This document shows positions 9,356 through 18,362 of a stretch of DNA of 64,000 nt, piece by piece. The DNA is from Anaerolineaceae bacterium (GTDB lineage: Bacteria; Chloroflexota; Anaerolineae; Anaerolineales; UBA11657). Each line of letters opens with the position of its first letter. Positions within the stretch are counted from its first letter, which is position 1. The stretch is taken from positions 64,315-128,314 of the forward strand of contig BGOS01000003.1 in assembly GCA_003569365.1 (NCBI GenBank). Reading direction: 5' to 3'. The translations under genes were made by a program, and so were the position numbers. Below the pieces are notes generated by a model. That model was not told where the DNA came from, did no database searches, and saw only the letters and a list, made by a program, of their open reading frames with translations.

Positions 9356-10560
9356 ACGAATTTGTTGAGCGCCAGATTTCCCTTGCGTGGAACGATCCCA
9401 AGCCGGCTTACGATGTGGTGATCGTGGGCGGAGGCGGGCATGGTTTGGCAACCGCCTACTATCTGGCAGCGCGCCATGGCATTACCAATGTGGCTGTGCT
9501 GGAGCGCAAGTACATTGGGTCGGGCAATTCGGGGCGCAACACCACAATCATCCGTTCCAACTATGGGATACCGGAGGCCGTGCGGTTTTACCAGCGCAGC
9601 CTTGAGCTGTATTCGACACTTGAAGCCGAGACCGGCCGCTGGGTGATGCACAAGCAGAAGGGGCTGTTGTGGATGGCGCATACTGAGGCGGGTGTGCGCG
9701 CGGAGCGGTCGCGGGCTACGGTGAACACTTTGTTTGGCGCAAAGACGGAGTATGTGACGCCGCAGCAGGTGAAAGAAATTTGCCCGCAAGTTGACATCAC
9801 CGGCAGCGGCGTGTGGCCGGTGATGGGTGCTTCTTATCACGCGGAAGGTGCAACGGCGCGCCATGACCGGGTGGTGTGGGCGTACGCGGAAGGCGCAATG
9901 CAGCGCGGTGTGCACATTCATCAGAACACAGCTGTTACCGGACTGCAAATGAATGCTGGAAAGGTGACCGGTGTGCAGACTAACAACGGTCCGATTGCGG
10001 CCAAGATTGTGGTGAGTGCGGTGGGCGGGCACGTGACCACGCTGGCAGCGATGGCGGGTGTGCGCCTGCCCATTCGCACGCATCCGCTGCAGGCTTACGT
10101 AACCAACCATTACGCGCAGAGCTTTGATGCGATTGTGGCTTCGATGAACCTGCTGTTTTATGTTTCGCAAACTGCGCGCGGTGAAATGCTGATTGGCGCT
10201 GAGATTGACCGGCAGCCCAGCTATTCATATGGTGCCGGCCATCACTTTTTGCAAAGCTGCTCGCACCGCGCGATCACAGTGCTGCCGTTCCTGCGCAATT
10301 TGCGAATTGTGCGCCAGTGGACGGGCGTGTGCGATATGAGCGCCGACTACTCGCCGGTCATGGGCGTCACTGGCGTAGACGGTTTTTATGTAACGACGGG
10401 CTGGGGCACTTGGGGTTTCAAAGCCATTCCTGCCGGCGGCGAACAAATGGCGGAGCTGGTTGCGACCGGCGTAACGCCGGAGTTGATTGCGCCTTTTGCG
10501 TTGGATCGTTTTGCAAGGGACCGCACGATGGCTGATCGCGGGTCGGCCGGAACCCACTAA
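9352..10560 (+). CDS. soxB: sarcosine oxidase beta-subunit family FAD-dependent oxidoreductase
   Basis: 402 aa. Has YDVVIVGGGGHGLATAYYLA dinucleotide fold and a DAO-family body; translationally coupled to the gamma-like gene. Confidence 0.9.
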   Translation: MNEFVERQISLAWNDPKPAYDVVIVGGGGHGLATAYYLAARHGITNVAVLERKYIGSGNSGRNTTIIRSNYGIPEAVRFYQRSLELYSTLEAETGRWVMHKQKGLLWMAHTEAGVRAERSRATVNTLFGAKTEYVTPQQVKEICPQVDITGSGVWPVMGASYHAEGATARHDRVVWAYAEGAMQRGVHIHQNTAVTGLQMNAGKVTGVQTNNGPIAAKIVVSAVGGHVTTLAAMAGVRLPIRTHPLQAYVTNHYAQSFDAIVASMNLLFYVSQTARGEMLIGAEIDRQPSYSYGAGHHFLQSCSHRAITVLPFLRNLRIVRQWTGVCDMSADYSPVMGVTGVDGFYVTTGWGTWGFKAIPAGGEQMAELVATGVTPELIAPFALDRFARDRTMADRGSAGTH

Positions 10561-10637
10561 GCGATGCGTGTTTGCAAAGTTGAAGGCGCACTACGTGCAG
10601 TTGTGAGTATGCGCGTGGTCGGTGAGGCGCCGTCCCA

Positions 10638-10880
10638 ATGAGCCTGCAACTTAATTGCCCAACGTGCGGGCGGCGGCCAGTTGAGGAGTTCATCTACGGT
10701 GAGATTCCGGTTGTGCCGGATGTGATTGTGGATGCGGACGCGCGCGATGTGGATCGCGCCTTCATGCACAGCAATCCGGAGGGGCCGCTAACGGAACGCT
10801 GGTTTCATGTGTATGGCTGCCGGCGCTGGATCACGGTGCGGCGCGATACGCGCACTGACCAGTTGCTGGGCGGAGCGTAG
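10638..10880 (+). CDS. soxD: sarcosine oxidase delta-subunit family zinc-binding protein
   Basis: 80 aa. Contains CPTCGRRPVEEFIYGE...WFHVYGCRRW, the SoxD Cys3His pattern. Confidence 0.85.
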   Translation: MSLQLNCPTCGRRPVEEFIYGEIPVVPDVIVDADARDVDRAFMHSNPEGPLTERWFHVYGCRRWITVRRDTRTDQLLGGA

Positions 10881-10955
10881 GCAAGCAGCCGCAGCGCACG
10901 CAGGATGCGTGGCAGTTGGCGAAGTTGGTATGAGCGCCAGCGTTAGCGCGCAGTT

Positions 10956-12113
10956 CTAAATTACGTTGTACTCGGCGATTGCGCGCCCTTCGGCGAAGCG
11001 CGCATAGTCCAGCGCGCTGATGTCGATGCTGTGCGCTGCCCCATCCACCAGCAGTTCTGCCAGCAGCAAGCCGCATACCGGGCCGTGCATGAAGCCGTGT
11101 CCGGAGAATCCGGCCAGTACATAGAAACCGGGAACCGGTGTTGCGCCAATTATGGGGTGGGCATCGGGTGTCACTTCATACAATCCTGCAAGGCGTGAAA
11201 CTACGCCCGCTTCTTCGAGAGCTGGCAAGCGTGCGCACGCGCGATCCATGTGCGTGAGTTCCCATGCCGGATCCACGGACTGGTCAATGCCGGCGGCCTG
11301 CAGCGGATCCGACATGCCGGTAAGCACGCCGCCACCTTCGCGATGAAAGTAAAGGCTTTGCGAAAAATCAACCACGAATGGAAAATCTGGCGGCAAGTCT
11401 GGCAGGGCGGTGGTGGTGAGCCATTGACGGCGCACGGGTACCACTGGCAGCGCAAGCCCCGCCATTTGTGCGAGTGCCGCGCTCCATGGCCCGCAAGTGT
11501 TGATGACGATTGGAGTTGAGATTGCGCCGGCGTTGGTGTGCACGGCGCTGATACGGCCGCCGGCGCTAACGATGCCGGTGACCGAGACGCCGGAGTGGCA
11601 GGTGGCGCCCAGGCGGCGCGCCGCATCGATGTAGCCCATGACCACGCTGTTGGGATCGGCCAACCCATCTTCCTTGAAAAAGGTGCCGCCAAGCGCATCT
11701 GCAAAGCGGCAGGCGGGCAGGCGGCGTTGTACTTGCGCGCCGTCCAGCCATTCTGTTTGGATTCCGAGGCTGCGCTGTAGTGCGATAGTTTGTTCAAAAC
11801 GCGCCACGTCTGCGGCGCGCGTAAGCACAAACATATAGCCGCACTTGCGCACAAGTGCGGGCCGGCCGGTCACGGCCTCAAAGTCATCCAGCATGCGCAG
11901 GCTCACTTTGGATAGTTCGATATTGATGGCAGTGGCAAACTGGTGGCGGATGCCACCGGCGCAGCGTCCGGTAGCGCCGGCGCCAAAGAACTGCTCGCGC
12001 TCCAGCAGCACCACATTCTTTGTGCCGCGCTGCGCCAGATGAAAGGCAGTACTGGCGCCCATTACGCCGCCGCCCACAATCACAATATCGGCGGTGGCTG
12101 GCAGTTGGGTCAT
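10956..12113 (-). CDS. FAD-dependent oxidoreductase, D-amino-acid-oxidase (DAO) family (D-hydroxyproline dehydrogenase-like)
   Basis: 385 aa. N-terminal ADIVIVGGGVMGASTAFHLA and a DAO-type body. Confidence 0.85.
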   Translation of the reverse strand: MTQLPATADIVIVGGGVMGASTAFHLAQRGTKNVVLLEREQFFGAGATGRCAGGIRHQFATAINIELSKVSLRMLDDFEAVTGRPALVRKCGYMFVLTRAADVARFEQTIALQRSLGIQTEWLDGAQVQRRLPACRFADALGGTFFKEDGLADPNSVVMGYIDAARRLGATCHSGVSVTGIVSAGGRISAVHTNAGAISTPIVINTCGPWSAALAQMAGLALPVVPVRRQWLTTTALPDLPPDFPFVVDFSQSLYFHREGGGVLTGMSDPLQAAGIDQSVDPAWELTHMDRACARLPALEEAGVVSRLAGLYEVTPDAHPIIGATPVPGFYVLAGFSGHGFMHGPVCGLLLAELLVDGAAHSIDISALDYARFAEGRAIAEYNVI

Positions 12114-12154
12114 TATGTGTTTTGTGCGCCTTGCTGTGCCTTGCGGGAGTTGGG

Positions 12155-13144
12155 CTACAGCTCCACGAGTGTGCCAAGGTTGAGCTGTGCTGCATTGTTG
12201 ACCACAATGCGCGCCGCTACTGCATCCTGCGCTGCGCTGCCACAGCCTTTGAAGTATGTGATCTGCTCATTAGTAGTGCGTCCGGTTTTGGTGCCGCGCA
12301 GCACCTCGCCCAGCTCGGCGTGAATGATGTCTGTAGTGATGCTGCCGGCGCGCAGCGGCTGTATCAGATCGCCGGCTTCTTCCCAGGCTGATGCGCGCGA
12401 ATCAACGATGACCAGCGCGCGCTGAATTGTTTCGAGGTCTATCTCCTGCATCTGCGGCGTGAAGGAGCCAACACCATTGACGTGCGCGCCGGGCTGCAGA
12501 TCGTGACCGGAGAACACGGGTGTATGCGCGGTGGTTGCGGCGCAAATAATGTCGGCACCGCGCACGGCGGCGGCCGCCGAAGCTACGGCTTGGACATCGG
12601 GCGGGATGGGTCCCTGCGCGCGCATCGCTTCTGCAAACGCAGCCGCGTGCTGCGCGTTCGGGCTGTAGACGCGCACGCTGTCAATTTTCCGCACCGTGCA
12701 AATGGCTTCGAGCTGTGTGCGCGCTTGTACGCCGCTGCCGATAATTGCGGCTGTGTGGCATTCGGGCAGCGCCAGCAAATCTGTGGCAGCGCCCGCGCCC
12801 GCGCCGGTGCGAATGGCAGTCAGGCTGCCCCCTTCCAACAGCGCCAGCGGCTGGCCGGTGGCGGGGTCAAGCGCCAGCACTACGCCGTAGATCAGCGGCA
12901 GGCCCCGCGCCGGATTGGCGTTGAAGACGGAGACAATCTTTACGGCGAGATCGCCACTGCCTTGCATGTACGCCGGCATGATCAGGCTGACGCCCGGCGG
13001 GTCCGGGACTGACACGCGCAGCCGCAGCGGCACGTGTGCAGTGCCGGCCGATAGCTGGGCGAAGGCGTCCTTCATGCCATCGATTGCAGCGGCCATGGGT
13101 AAAGCCTGGCGGACATCTGCCGCTGTCAGGATTCTGATTTGCAT
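12155..13144 (-). CDS. ornithine cyclodeaminase / mu-crystallin family protein (ketimine reductase or cyclodeaminase)
   Basis: 329 aa. Has an OCD-type N-terminus (ILTAADVRQALPMAAAIDGMKDAF) and the NAD site IIGSGVQA. Confidence 0.85.
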   Translation of the reverse strand: MQIRILTAADVRQALPMAAAIDGMKDAFAQLSAGTAHVPLRLRVSVPDPPGVSLIMPAYMQGSGDLAVKIVSVFNANPARGLPLIYGVVLALDPATGQPLALLEGGSLTAIRTGAGAGAATDLLALPECHTAAIIGSGVQARTQLEAICTVRKIDSVRVYSPNAQHAAAFAEAMRAQGPIPPDVQAVASAAAAVRGADIICAATTAHTPVFSGHDLQPGAHVNGVGSFTPQMQEIDLETIQRALVIVDSRASAWEEAGDLIQPLRAGSITTDIIHAELGEVLRGTKTGRTTNEQITYFKGCGSAAQDAVAARIVVNNAAQLNLGTLVEL

Positions 13145-13438
13145 CCCAGCTGTATTTTACTCTTGCGACGCTTGTCGCCCGCTCGCATTGCTTTGGTAGC
13201 GCGCATTTTGAGGGCAACACGGGCTGGTTTGATAAAAGCCTGCGTTGAGCCGATAACAACCGAGCTTGCTTCTTCCGTGCCTGTGTGAAAAATGATTCCC
13301 ATGTGTTTTCAGGTTGCCAGCTGTACAAGGCTGGCACGACCGCTGTAAAAAGCAGCCGCAAGGTGAAAGCATTTTGTTGTGCGGTAATTTGTAGTGTCTT
13401 GGTGGGCGCACCAGATGTTGGGCGGTAATATCGCACCT

Positions 13439-14221
13439 ATGCTAGATGCAGATGTAAAGACTTCGTACAGCGTTGGGAGTGTGACGGGTGAAGTGTTGGA
13501 CGGTTCGGCTGTGCCCGCACCGCTCCTGATTTCGCTGCGCAATGTTGTAAAGGACTATGACGGCCTGGCGGGAACCGTGCGGGTGCTGCAAAGCCTCAGC
13601 CTTGAAGTTCGCAAGGGCGAGTTTGTAGGCGTGTGCGGTCCAAGTGGCAGTGGCAAGTCCACGCTGATTAACATGATCACTGGTATTGACCGCCCCACAA
13701 GCGGCGATGTTCTGGTGGCGGACACGCTGCTGAACAAGCTTTCTGAAAACGAGCTGGCACGCTGGCGCGGCCGCAGTGTTGGCGTGATCTTCCAGTTTTT
13801 TCAACTACTGCCAACGCTGACCGTTGTTGAAAACATTATGCTGCCGATGGACTTCTGCCGCATGTGGACACTGAAGGAGCGTCCGCAGCGCGCGCTGCAG
13901 CTGCTGGAGCAGGTGGGGCTGGCAGACCAGGCGCACAAGCTGCCCAACGCACTCTCCGGCGGCCAGCAGCAGCGCGCCGCTATTGCACGCGCGCTTGCAA
14001 ATGATCCGCCGCTGCTGGTGGGCGATGAGCCGACCGGAAACTTGGACAGCCGCACCGCGGATAAAGTTTTTACTTTGTTTGAAGAACTTGTGGCGCAGCA
14101 CAAAACTTTTGTGATGGTGACCCACGACAATGGGTTGGCGGCGCGCCTGCCGCGTGTGGTTGAGGTGGTTGACGGGCAGCTGTTTGAAGGCACCCGCAAC
14201 GGCCGCGTAAAAGCCGCCTGA
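13439..14221 (+). CDS. ABC transporter ATP-binding protein, MacB/LolD-type (alternative starts 13394, 13415)
   Basis: Walker A GPSGSGKST, signature LSGGQQQRAAIARAL, Walker B LLVGDEPTG. Confidence 0.9.
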   Translation: MLDADVKTSYSVGSVTGEVLDGSAVPAPLLISLRNVVKDYDGLAGTVRVLQSLSLEVRKGEFVGVCGPSGSGKSTLINMITGIDRPTSGDVLVADTLLNKLSENELARWRGRSVGVIFQFFQLLPTLTVVENIMLPMDFCRMWTLKERPQRALQLLEQVGLADQAHKLPNALSGGQQQRAAIARALANDPPLLVGDEPTGNLDSRTADKVFTLFEELVAQHKTFVMVTHDNGLAARLPRVVEVVDGQLFEGTRNGRVKAA

Positions 14222-14224
14222 GAC

Positions 14225-16690
14225 ATGCGCCGGGCTTACATAAAGGTGTGGCGGGATCTCGCCACGCACCTTGGGCGCACCATAACCGTGGTGATGAGCA
14301 TTGCGGTGGGCGTGATGGCGCTTGGAATGATCCTCTCCAGCAATGGCTTGATGGCAATGCAAATGGGCGCTGCGCAGCTGGCGGCGCGCCCGGCGCACGC
14401 ACTGTTGTTTGTGACCGGCGCGCTTTACGATGGCGTTGCGGAAGATGTGGCGCGCGTTCCCGGCGTGGTCGCGGCCGATGCGCGCGTGCAGCGCTCAATC
14501 CGCTGGAAGCCAACCCTTGAAGCTGAGTGGCAGGACGCGGACTTTGTGGCTGTCGCAGACTTTTCTGCGCAGCGCATGGATCTTGTAGACCTGCGCAGTG
14601 GCGCTTGGCCGGATGACCGTTCGATTGCGGTGGAGCAAGGCCACGTCGCGCCGTTCAATGTGCCAGCGACTGGCAGCACAATTTATTTTGACATCAATAA
14701 CCGCTCAGACGCGGTTGCGCTGTCCGGTACGGTGCGCGACAACTACCGCGCCAAGCCGCCATTGGGCAGAAACCGGCCGGCATTTTATTTGACGCTGGCA
14801 GGCTTGAAGCGCATCACGGGCAGCCGCACGATCACGCAAATTGGAATTACGGTTTCAAACTTTTCCGAGGAGCGGGCGCGGGAAGTGGCCGATGCGGTCT
14901 CCGACAAGTTGGAGAAGCAGGGCATCAAAGTGCGCTACACCGAAATTCAGGATCCGAAGGAACACTGGGCCCAGACCATGGCGGATGGCGTGGGCGTGGT
15001 GCTCACGGTGATGGCCGTGGCTGCTTTGTTCTTGAGTGTGGCGCTGGTGGTCAATACCATTAATGCGATTCTGGTGCAGCAGGTGCCGCAGATTGGCATC
15101 ATGAAGACAGTGGGAGCACTGCGCGGCCAGATTGGCAGCGTTTATCTGGCGGGTGTTGTTGTGTACGGGCTGCTTGCGATTGCGGTGGCGGTTCCATTGG
15201 GTGCGCTGGGCGGCGTACTGTTGTCCGGTTACATCTTGCGCATCTTGAATGTGCCCGGGTCCGGCTACCAGCTGTTGCCGCAAATAGTGGGCGCGCAGCT
15301 TTTCACCGGATTGCTGGTGCCGCTGCTGGCCGCAATCTGGCCGGTGCTGCAGGGCGTGGGCGTCTCGGTGCGCGAGGCGCTAAGCAGCTACGGCGTGGGC
15401 CAGGGGCGCTTCGGCACGCGCTGGCTGGATCAGTTTCTGGGAAACTTGCGCGGACTGCCGCGCATGTTGTTGCTGATGCTGCGCAACAGTGTGCGGCGCC
15501 TCGAACGCGTGGCGTTGACGCAGCTTGTGCTGGTAACCGCTGGCGCTATTTTCATGATGGTGCTCAGCACCCATTATTCGTTTATTGAGACGATTGCCGA
15601 AACCTGGCGTGCCTTCGGCTATGACGGATATGTGGTGTTTGAGCAACCGCAGCTGATACCGGAAGTGCTGGAAGTATTGTCCACACGGCCCGGTGTTGGG
15701 CGAACTGAAATGTGGCTGTGGCAGACGGCGCAGACAACCCTGCCAAAAATCGTTAGTCTGGTGGACGCCGGTCAAAAAGCACCGCCAGCCCAAATGCGCG
15801 GCGATCGTGGCGGAAACGTGGGCAGCAATAGTTCCGGCACCGGTTGGCGGGTGGGGCTGCGCGGCGTGCCGTTGGATACGCAGATGTTCAAGCCAAAAAT
15901 TGTGGCGGGGCGCGGCTTGCGGGGCGGCGAGCAGCGCAGTATGTTGTTGAACGAAAAACTTGCCGCCGAGATTGGCGTGGGAGTGGGGCAGAATCTGGAA
16001 CTGGACTTGGGCAATGAGCGCAAGGTTACGTGGCACATTGTTGGCTTGGTTTCTGACATAACCAACAATCAGGAAACGGGATATGTAGTGCGCGAAGAGT
16101 TGGCGCGGGAAATTAATAGCATTGGGCGCGCATCGTTTGCGCACATCATGATGGCTGATCAGACCGCGGTAGGGCAGCGCCGGCTGCTTGCAGACCTGTC
16201 CGCGTTTTTGAAGGCGCGCGGCATGCGGGTGTCCAGTACGCGCACTTCGGCGGGCGATCGCGAGGATACGAATGCACAGTTTGGCATTCTGACAACAGTG
16301 CTGTTGACGATGTCTTTTGCGATGGCAATGGTTGGTGCGATCGGGCTTTCCGGCACCCTGTCCATCAACGTGATGGAGCGCCGGCGTGAAATTGGCGTGA
16401 TGCGCGCGGTGGGCGCTTCCTCTTCTGATGTGGCGTATGTGTTTGTGGGCGAGGGCCTGCTGCTGGGGATTACAAGCTGGCTGCTGGCGATGCCCCTGAG
16501 CGTGGTAGGCGGTCCGCCATTTGTGGCTGCCATCAGCAATGCCATTAGTTTCTCCGGCCGGTACCATCTGGATTGGGCGGGGTTTGCGTGGTGGCTGCTG
16601 ATTGTGGTTGTGCTTTCCATTGTAGCCAGCTGGCTGCCAGCGCGCCGGGCGACTGAGATCAGCGTGAAAGACAGCCTTTCATACGAATAA
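14225..16690 (+). CDS. ABC transporter permease with two FtsX-type domains (MacB/YbbP-like)
   Basis: 821 aa. Two hydrophobic 4-TM blocks are separated by large extracytoplasmic segments. The FtsX-type C-terminal motif (MERRREIGVMRAVGAS) is present, and the gene starts 4 nt after the ATPase gene. Confidence 0.85.
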   Translation: MRRAYIKVWRDLATHLGRTITVVMSIAVGVMALGMILSSNGLMAMQMGAAQLAARPAHALLFVTGALYDGVAEDVARVPGVVAADARVQRSIRWKPTLEAEWQDADFVAVADFSAQRMDLVDLRSGAWPDDRSIAVEQGHVAPFNVPATGSTIYFDINNRSDAVALSGTVRDNYRAKPPLGRNRPAFYLTLAGLKRITGSRTITQIGITVSNFSEERAREVADAVSDKLEKQGIKVRYTEIQDPKEHWAQTMADGVGVVLTVMAVAALFLSVALVVNTINAILVQQVPQIGIMKTVGALRGQIGSVYLAGVVVYGLLAIAVAVPLGALGGVLLSGYILRILNVPGSGYQLLPQIVGAQLFTGLLVPLLAAIWPVLQGVGVSVREALSSYGVGQGRFGTRWLDQFLGNLRGLPRMLLLMLRNSVRRLERVALTQLVLVTAGAIFMMVLSTHYSFIETIAETWRAFGYDGYVVFEQPQLIPEVLEVLSTRPGVGRTEMWLWQTAQTTLPKIVSLVDAGQKAPPAQMRGDRGGNVGSNSSGTGWRVGLRGVPLDTQMFKPKIVAGRGLRGGEQRSMLLNEKLAAEIGVGVGQNLELDLGNERKVTWHIVGLVSDITNNQETGYVVREELAREINSIGRASFAHIMMADQTAVGQRRLLADLSAFLKARGMRVSSTRTSAGDREDTNAQFGILTTVLLTMSFAMAMVGAIGLSGTLSINVMERRREIGVMRAVGASSSDVAYVFVGEGLLLGITSWLLAMPLSVVGGPPFVAAISNAISFSGRYHLDWAGFAWWLLIVVVLSIVASWLPARRATEISVKDSLSYE

Positions 16691-16742
16691 TTTTCAGCCG
16701 GCGTCAATTCTATGGCGCTGGAAATATTTTTAGGGGAGATAA

Positions 16743-18257
16743 GTGAAGCAAATGAAGACAAGTAAATTGAGTGGCCTGGCGGCGATAGCCCTGTGTGGTG
16801 TGTTGGCGGCTGCTTGCGGCACGGTGGCATCTGCCACACCGGAGGCAACTCCCGGCCCGGTGGCGGAGGTGGTGGGGGCTGTGCTGGCCGAAGGGCGCCT
16901 GGTTCCAAAGGATTACCGCCAGCTGGCGTTCACCATGGGCGGGCAGCTGGTGGAGGTGTTGGTGGTGCAAGGGGATGTTGTTGCGGCTGGCGATGTGCTG
17001 GCGCGCCTTGGCAATGCGCAGGACCTTTCAGCCGTGCTTGATCGCGCACAGCTGGAACAGCTGAATGCACAACAGGCGCTGGATGCATTGAACGACAACG
17101 CCGGCAAAGTGCGCGCTGCGTTGCAGAGCGAGCTGGCTAGTGCGGAAGACAAACTGGAGCGCGCCAACCGCAAGCTGCGCAATCTGAAGAGCCCGGACAT
17201 TGCGTACTACGAGCGTGAGCTGCGCGATGCGCAGTTTTCTTACACCAAGGCGCAGCAAAACACTGAGGCGGTGGATCTTGGTGCGAGTGGCAGTGCGAAG
17301 AACAATTATGATGCGGCCATTGAAAACCAGAAGGATGCCCAGAAGCGCTACGACAAGGTGGTGCAGGCGGTCAATGGCTGTACCGTAATTCCCAATCCCA
17401 AATACAAGAACTTGACGCTTGTGAATGTGGGCGGCGCCACATACTCTGTGGGCACCGACCAAAAGCTGACGCTGATTACGGACCCGGACACCATCAATGA
17501 CCCGACGAAGCAGTGCGACTCAAACCGCAAGGTGTCGGTGGATGGCGTGTCGCAAACTGTGGAAGAGGCCACCAACGCGCTGAGTGGCGCGCGCGACCGC
17601 ACGCGCCTGGCGCAGATTGCATACAACCAGGGACAGATGAGCAACACCACGGCGCTGGACAAAGTGGCGCAGGATCTTGAGGATGCAGAGAACCGGCTGC
17701 GTTATGCCAAGGAGGCGCCTAAGAATATTGATGTGGCGCTTGCGGCAGCGGAAGGCGGGGTGGCCCAGGCTGCCATTGATGATGTCAAGCGGCGCCTTGC
17801 AGACATGGGCGCCAGCGGCCCGAACCCGGATGACTTGAAGTTGATTGAGGCGCGCCTGGCGCAGGCGACGGCTGCGGTAATGAACGCCGAGGCCAATCTG
17901 GCAGACAACGAGCTGCGCGCGCCGATCGCGGGCGAGGTGGTGCGCATGGCCCTTAAAGTTGGCGAGTTTGTGCAGCCCGGCTTGGCGCTGGTTACGCTGG
18001 CAAACGCGGACGACTGGGAAGTGCTCACCGACAACCTGACGGAAATTGAAGTGCCGCAGGTGAGCGTGGGCCAGGTGGTTACCATCGTGCCGGACGCGCT
18101 GCCCGATGTGAAGCTCAGCGGCAAGGTAACCGAGGTATCACAGCTGTTTGAAGAGAAGCGCGGCGACATCACGTATACCGTCAAGGTGGCGCTGGGGGAC
18201 AGTGACCCGCGCTTGTTGTGGGGCATGACGGTGCTGGTGACTTTCCCGGCGCCGTAG
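16743..18257 (+). CDS. HlyD/MacA-family periplasmic adaptor lipoprotein
   Basis: 504 aa. Features a lipobox (LAAACG), a lipoyl-like hairpin (GQLVEVLVVQGDVVAAGDVLARL ... LRAPIAGEVV), a long coiled-coil middle and a beta-barrel C-terminus. Confidence 0.75.
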   Translation: MKQMKTSKLSGLAAIALCGVLAAACGTVASATPEATPGPVAEVVGAVLAEGRLVPKDYRQLAFTMGGQLVEVLVVQGDVVAAGDVLARLGNAQDLSAVLDRAQLEQLNAQQALDALNDNAGKVRAALQSELASAEDKLERANRKLRNLKSPDIAYYERELRDAQFSYTKAQQNTEAVDLGASGSAKNNYDAAIENQKDAQKRYDKVVQAVNGCTVIPNPKYKNLTLVNVGGATYSVGTDQKLTLITDPDTINDPTKQCDSNRKVSVDGVSQTVEEATNALSGARDRTRLAQIAYNQGQMSNTTALDKVAQDLEDAENRLRYAKEAPKNIDVALAAAEGGVAQAAIDDVKRRLADMGASGPNPDDLKLIEARLAQATAAVMNAEANLADNELRAPIAGEVVRMALKVGEFVQPGLALVTLANADDWEVLTDNLTEIEVPQVSVGQVVTIVPDALPDVKLSGKVTEVSQLFEEKRGDITYTVKVALGDSDPRLLWGMTVLVTFPAP

Positions 18258-18278
18258 CAAAAGCCTTTCAAAATAGGG

Positions 18279-18313
18279 CAAAGGCACAGCCTGCAGAACA
18301 GGCTGTGCCTTTG
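18279..18313 (+). terminator. rho-independent-type terminator after the exporter operon
   Basis: CAAAGGCACAGCCTG-CAGAA-CAGGCTGTGCCTTTG, a perfect 15-bp stem 22 nt after the stop at 18257. Confidence 0.65.
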
Positions 18314-18362
18314 TGGTTTAATCCACTGGCTGCCTGCAGCTAAATCTTTGCTGGAGTTTGTC

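Noticed and set aside
8782-10170. 462-aa minus-strand ORF antisense to the soxG-like and soxB genes. Similar long antisense ORFs occur at 15380..16567, 17702..18697, 18468..19412, 26895..28040, 28595..30124, 30544..31338, 38846..39664, 41920..42657 and 42884..43678.
   Set aside because: These are typical high-GC shadow ORFs. They are rich in Arg/Ala/Pro/His, carry no recognisable motifs, and each lies opposite a gene with clear family signatures.
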